Source: Escherichia phage vB_EcoP_ShWW44
DNA length: 64,000 nt
Sequence record: PQ900156.1
Reading direction: 5' to 3' (one strand)
The notes beneath the pieces were generated by a model, which saw only the letters and a list, made by a program, of their open reading frames with translations, did not search any database and was not told the DNA's origin. A program made the translations under genes and the position numbers. Positions 59,780 through 64,000 of this stretch are shown here, one piece after another. How positions within the stretch are numbered: the stretch's first letter is position 1; each line of letters starts with the position of its first letter.

Positions 59780-60286
59780 TTATTCCTGTTCAAAAAGTTT
59801 ACGGTCAGCCTGAATCTGTTTACCCAACTCAATTAGTTGGCTGTCACGGAGTCTAACAGTTGCCCGGAGTTCTTCAACCAAACGTCTGCCTTCTTCAAGA
59901 CTGTTGTCGAGTCTGGCTGCATGGCTTGCAAGACTTCTGCACTCAAGGGTTCCGGCTTCGGCTTGACGTTTATATACCGATGCTCGCCTTTCAGACTGTT
60001 GCATCCGGCTGTCGTAATCACTGCTAACGCGAGCAAGCTCGCTTGCGTAATTACTCTCAGCCGTCTGCAACCGGGAAGTGAGTAACCCGACTTCATAACT
60101 ATGGTTTCTTTGGAGAGCATTGTATTTGTCCTGTAATTTTTGTATTGCCTTTTGGTCTTCAACCTTTTGGTCATCCCATTTCTTTTGAACAGTAGACTGT
60201 CCATTGGAATTACCCCAAAAGTAAATGGTGGCCCCTAGGACCACCACCAGAAGATAAGGCCAACCTTTAGAGATTAGCATCTTCAT
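59780..60286 (-). CDS. i-spanin (Rz-like): N-terminal TM plus coiled-coil periplasmic domain, about 168 aa
   Basis: [20 protein letters not shown] then charged helical region; adjacent to endolysin; start at ATG with GGAGG SD. Confidence 0.5.
   Translation of the reverse strand: MKMLISKGWPYLLVVVLGATIYFWGNSNGQSTVQKKWDDQKVEDQKAIQKLQDKYNALQRNHSYEVGLLTSRLQTAESNYASELARVSSDYDSRMQQSERRASVYKRQAEAGTLECRSLASHAARLDNSLEEGRRLVEELRATVRLRDSQLIELGKQIQADRKLFEQE
59833..60120 (-). CDS. o-spanin (Rz1-like lipoprotein) fully embedded in the i-spanin gene in another frame
   Basis: Signal-like [22 protein letters not shown] with Cys at a lipobox-like position; Pro-rich mature part KPKPEP; start ambiguous (60120 or 60096). 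Confidence 0.4.
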   Translation of the reverse strand: MLSKETIVMKSGYSLPGCRRLRVITQASLLALAVITTAGCNSLKGEHRYINVKPKPEPLSAEVLQAMQPDSTTVLKKADVWLKNSGQLLDSVTAN

Positions 60287-60902
60287 TACATGCCTCCAGT
60301 GGCACATTGCCTATTCGGTTAGCTACCCAACCATATGTAAAGTCTGGCATGTTTAATGAGGTGTAGTGGTTCAGTTGTTTGGCATCAAGTAACTTAATCA
60401 TTACCTTACATGCTGCAACTTTGCCTCGTTTTTTCTGTAATGCTTTATATGCATTAACAGTACTTGCACCGACTTTACCATCAACCTGTATTTTAGGGTA
60501 GTCTTTGCCATCACGGGACATTTCATTAAGAGATTGCTGTAACCACTTAGCCGGACGAGTTACACCAGTGTTAACACCAGCATCTACCAGCTTGTGTGTT
60601 ACAGCAGGAGATATATCAGCGAAGGCTACGAAGTTAGGCTTAAGTACATAGTCATCAATGTATATCTCAGCAGCCATCTCTTTAGATAAACCTTTCATAG
60701 AACCATCCCAACCATACTCAGTAGCCAGAACTTCTTTGTGAGATTTAGCTACAGATTGAGTAATGCCATGATTAGTTTCCCCACCTGGGTCACGAGGATT
60801 GTTTACATATCCCCCTTCCATATAGAACACTGCCCCCAGGATAGCAGCGACAACTCCTCCCACTGTACCACCTTTCGCAGCAAGTTTCTGTTTAGCTTTC
60901 AT
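60267..60902 (-). CDS. endolysin, GH108 N-acetylmuramidase with N-terminal SAR-like segment, 211 aa
   Basis: GH108 signature EGGYVNNPRDPGGETNHGIT; Gly/Ala-rich weakly hydrophobic N-terminus; AGGAAG SD. Confidence 0.75.
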   Translation of the reverse strand: MKAKQKLAAKGGTVGGVVAAILGAVFYMEGGYVNNPRDPGGETNHGITQSVAKSHKEVLATEYGWDGSMKGLSKEMAAEIYIDDYVLKPNFVAFADISPAVTHKLVDAGVNTGVTRPAKWLQQSLNEMSRDGKDYPKIQVDGKVGASTVNAYKALQKKRGKVAACKVMIKLLDAKQLNHYTSLNMPDFTYGWVANRIGNVPLEACNEDANL

Positions 60903-61152
60903 GTGAATCTTCCTTTGGTCGGAATCGTATCAATCTGCCTATGATGTTTAAGGCAAACAGTGCGATTGCAATATTGGAACCATGGGGAATATCTTCCAGG
61001 ATGTGACGAGGTAGTCCTGTCAGCATTGGTTGAATAATATCTATGGCAGAAAACATAATTAACCCAAATGTACTAATCTGAATGGATGCCCACTTCCAGC
61101 ATCTTTTCCAGTTAGGTACTAACTCAATCTTTCTTTTTAACCTGCGAACCAT
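60892..61152 (-). CDS. holin/pinholin candidate (two TM helices), about 86 aa
   Basis: Two hydrophobic helices; immediately upstream of endolysin; start moved to ATG with GGGAG SD. Confidence 0.4.
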   Translation of the reverse strand: MVRRLKRKIELVPNWKRCWKWASIQISTFGLIMFSAIDIIQPMLTGLPRHILEDIPHGSNIAIALFALNIIGRLIRFRPKEDSHES

Positions 61153-61466
61153 GCGAATATCTCCCGTCTTGCAGCAGCCAATACACCAATAATTGCACCT
61201 GCTCCAGCCCACACCCACTTACCAAAAATTCCAGCACCAACAACTTTATGCTTAATGGTGATGAACTCTTCAATAGTAGGTTCATTTTTAGCTAAGCTAT
61301 CCTCCACATTTTTCAGCCTATTGCCTATGTCATTGATTGAATCCCGTAGTTCCACCAGAGTTTCCTCCAGTTTCTCACGGTCCTGCCTGTCCCTTGTCTG
61401 GTTCTCAAACAGAGTCTTCAATCGTTCCTCCAGTCTGACTAGAAGCAGTTCACCCGATTCATTCAT
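61137..61466 (-). CDS. coiled-coil protein with C-terminal TM helix (holin/antiholin candidate), 109 aa
   Basis: Charged helical N-terminal part and C-terminal VVGAGIFGKWVWAGAGAIIGVLAA. Confidence 0.4.
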   Translation of the reverse strand: MNESGELLLVRLEERLKTLFENQTRDRQDREKLEETLVELRDSINDIGNRLKNVEDSLAKNEPTIEEFITIKHKVVGAGIFGKWVWAGAGAIIGVLAAARREIFAWFAG

Positions 61467-61643
61467 AATATTACCGTAGTTGTGTAGTTAGATTCCCCAA
61501 TAGGGCCATATCATAAGATGACTCTTAGATAATACTTAGTATGATGGGGTACATCCAGACATAGTGTCTGCCTTAGACATTATTGTAAGAAGTGCAGGTA
61601 CAGTGAGAGAATGGGGAATGCAAACAGTAAACTCTATATAGGA

Positions 61644-61669
61644 AAAGCCCCCTTAATTGGGGGCTTTTA
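61644..61669 (-). terminator. terminator hairpin (AAAGCCCCC-TTAATT-GGGGGCTTT) downstream of tailspike gene
   Basis: 9-bp stem with T-runs on both strands. Confidence 0.55.
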
Positions 61670-61682
61670 GTAATGTCACATG

Positions 61683-63590
61683 TTATACAAAGTAAACCAA
61701 TGTACCTATGATACGTGAATTATTCCCCAGTGCTGCAACAGAACCAGAAATACCCACTGCTGAGGCTGTAGATGCAGAGATCATGATATTGGAGTTCAGT
61801 GCTTCTGCTCGGATATACAAGCCATAAACAGGTAAGGCAAGTTCAGCATAGTAGCCTACACTACCTGTACCTGTGGTATCACCACACGCAAAAGGCAGAC
61901 CTAAAATTGCTGACTGATTCCCTGTACCAATAGTATTGATATGAATATCAAACTCTACTGTTACCTTACGACCTTCTTTACGGTACTTACCCTTCTGAAT
62001 GTTATAAGTAGCATTACCACCTACAGAAGGGGTCCATGTACCTTCTATAACATCAGAGGATGTCCATGCATTTGGTGATAATGGTGGGTTATTGACAACA
62101 GTGAATTTAGCACCAGCACCTGAGTTGTAGGGGATGAATACAGGATTAATACGAGCAAAGGTGTTATTAACCTGTTCATCAAGGTTGTTCATATCAATCA
62201 GAACCTGTCCATTAGCAAATGTACTAACAGCAATATCCTCTACTACCCAATCACGTAGCTTAACGTTACCATCCATCATTCCGATGATGCGACCATTATT
62301 CCCTATCTTCTCACTATGCATGTTGATGTAACAGTTACGGATTCGTACACTCTGTGGGAAAAGGTAGTTTGCAGGATTAGTCTTGTCACTAAGTACTGAA
62401 ACCATCCAAGGTCGTACAGCTGTACTCACCTCTGTGTAGTATCCATCAATAATAGCACCGTGAGCATTTGGCCCAAGAAGAATACCTCCAGTACAGTGGT
62501 GTGCGTTACCTCCAATTACACGGCACATTGTAGAGTTGATATATGCAAAGTAACCTAAGTCTTGGTTATCGTATGCACCCATTGAGCAATCACGTATGGT
62601 AAATCGTGAGTTACCGCCATCATAGGCACTACCATCAGTCTTCTTGCCAAGGAGAGCTATGAAACTACCAGTTGCTACTGTACTGAAGTAGGTATGTTTC
62701 TCACAACACTCAATGATCCCATCCCAGTTCTCATACTGAGAATAGATGTCATAGGTTGCAGAGTTACCATAGTCCATAAAGATGCAGTATCTGATTCTAG
62801 GTGTGAATACGAAGGACTTAATGAAAATACCGAAACCTGCTTGCACACCACCAGTGAATCGCAGACCCTCTATAGTGTATTCAGACTGATAGAAGTTATC
62901 AGCAGTAGGTGCATCTTCTGGAGTTGGGTCACCTAAGTACATTGCTGCACCAGTACCTGAGTAGTCCAGAGTAGCTGACTGAAAACCATATACTGCTACA
63001 GGGCGTGTAAAGTTTATACCAGTAGTATACTTATAATGACCAGCAGGAAAGATAACAGAAATGGGTGCAGAGTATTTGGCTCGGGAGTTTACCCAAGCAA
63101 CCATAGCCTGAATAGCAGCAGTGTCATCGGTAATCCCATCACCTACTGCACCAAAGTCCTTCAGACTTACCCAATCACCTAATGCAGCCTGTACAGTGCG
63201 AGCAACTTCACCAACACGTCCGGTAATGTGACCAACCTTACTAGAGCCAGTGTTAGAAGCCAGTTCGTCATATACTGCTGTAATGGCTTCATTGACTCGT
63301 ACAGCAATGTCATTTGGTGCAGGAAGTAGACTAACGGTAATACCCCCTGGGTTATAGGTTAATTGGTCACCATTTACATTAGCAATGGTTGCCCCGGAGG
63401 GGAGAGTAGGTAAAGTCCATATCTTCTTAGCATTACGATCGAAGAGTATAGTCTTATCATCTAGCAATGTATTAGTATTCGTACTGAGAATAACTTTACC
63501 TTCTGCTACGTTACATGCACGAGCAATGGCTTGTATATTGGTAAGAATACCCGTAGAGCCTTTACCACCTTGAGAGAACATCTCGTTCAT
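61683..63590 (-). CDS. tailspike/tail fibre with pectate-lyase-like right-handed beta-helix (putative polysaccharide depolymerase), 635 aa
   Basis: LKDFGAVGDGITDDTAAIQAMV signature typical of the pectate lyase superfamily; AGAGG SD. Confidence 0.7.
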   Translation of the reverse strand: MNEMFSQGGKGSTGILTNIQAIARACNVAEGKVILSTNTNTLLDDKTILFDRNAKKIWTLPTLPSGATIANVNGDQLTYNPGGITVSLLPAPNDIAVRVNEAITAVYDELASNTGSSKVGHITGRVGEVARTVQAALGDWVSLKDFGAVGDGITDDTAAIQAMVAWVNSRAKYSAPISVIFPAGHYKYTTGINFTRPVAVYGFQSATLDYSGTGAAMYLGDPTPEDAPTADNFYQSEYTIEGLRFTGGVQAGFGIFIKSFVFTPRIRYCIFMDYGNSATYDIYSQYENWDGIIECCEKHTYFSTVATGSFIALLGKKTDGSAYDGGNSRFTIRDCSMGAYDNQDLGYFAYINSTMCRVIGGNAHHCTGGILLGPNAHGAIIDGYYTEVSTAVRPWMVSVLSDKTNPANYLFPQSVRIRNCYINMHSEKIGNNGRIIGMMDGNVKLRDWVVEDIAVSTFANGQVLIDMNNLDEQVNNTFARINPVFIPYNSGAGAKFTVVNNPPLSPNAWTSSDVIEGTWTPSVGGNATYNIQKGKYRKEGRKVTVEFDIHINTIGTGNQSAILGLPFACGDTTGTGSVGYYAELALPVYGLYIRAEALNSNIMISASTASAVGISGSVAALGNNSRIIGTLVYFV

Positions 63591-63885
63591 AGCAACCTCT
63601 TTGTTTTTCTAGAAGACCTCGCTTCAGCGGGGTCTTATAACTAGGTAAGTACACGGTAGCGTAGGCCAGTATGCATTATCTTATCTAGACTTTTCCTCTT
63701 ACTAGATACAATAACCATCCATTCCCTCCTACAATGTTACACCAACCTTTCATATTAATACTTGGAATACACTAAGAGCAAACCTAGATAGTCAGGGAAC
63801 AAGTCATAGACTCCAGAGCGGCACTCATAGGTGTGCTGTGAGCTATCATAGGTCTGCCCTTGTGTACACTAAGATATTAACCTGC

Positions 63886-64000
63886 TTACGCAGAAGATAC
63901 AGAAGGTTTCTTCATTGCACGACGTTGTACATCCTTAGCAATGGCGTAAGCCTGCTTAGGGTCACACTCTTCCTTGATGAGTTCTTCTGTGTTCCGGCGT
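63886..64000 (-). CDS. 3' end of an upstream late gene (partial; continues beyond the window)
   Basis: Open frame from the window edge to a TAA stop at 63886-63888 on the minus strand. Confidence 0.3.
   Translation of the reverse strand, partial: RRNTEELIKEECDPKQAYAIAKDVQRRAMKKPSVSSA

Noticed and set aside
1-64000. CRISPR array, integrase/transposase or IS element
   Set aside because: No regularly spaced direct repeats and no recombinase-like ORF seen; gene content is that of a strictly lytic N4-like phage.

Overview
This window reads as about 64 kb of an N4-like (Schitoviridae-type) lytic podophage genome, probably starting near the left genome end; all calls come from reading the sequence and ORF track by eye, with no searches run. 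Positions 1-37,100 are a rightward (+ strand) early/middle region: four N4 vRNAP-type hairpin promoters (5-6 bp stem, TCC loop, core GCTCCGC), many small early ORFs punctuated by rho-independent terminators, a split T7-like RNA polymerase II (RNAP1/RNAP2), an Ig-like protein, a MoxR-type AAA+ ATPase with a VWA/HExxH partner, dCTP deaminase-like and ThyX-like enzymes, an Imm-like membrane protein, rIIA/rIIB-like proteins, a Dda-like helicase, a family A DNA polymerase, a candidate Cas4/RecB-like nuclease, a primase-like protein, a P-loop ATPase, an SSB-like protein and a RuvC-like resolvase. Positions 33,953-35,841 form a 1.9 kb ORF-free, structure-dense block with at least five tRNA T-arm motifs; none gave a canonical cloverleaf by hand, and this is the most interesting unexplained region. 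Positions 37,105-64,000 are a leftward (- strand) late region: the giant virion RNA polymerase (about 3,600 aa), virion proteins, major capsid protein, portal, nested i-/o-spanins, a SAR-type GH108 endolysin, two holin candidates and a pectate-lyase-like tailspike. Other candidates for an undescribed function are the early SLOG-like/DUF4326-like gene cluster (3866-5693) and the nuclease at 27769-28749. No integrase, transposase or CRISPR array was seen. Several track ORF starts were moved to internal ATGs with better Shine-Dalgarno support. Hand-counted coordinates of hairpins and tRNA-like elements may be off by a few bases.
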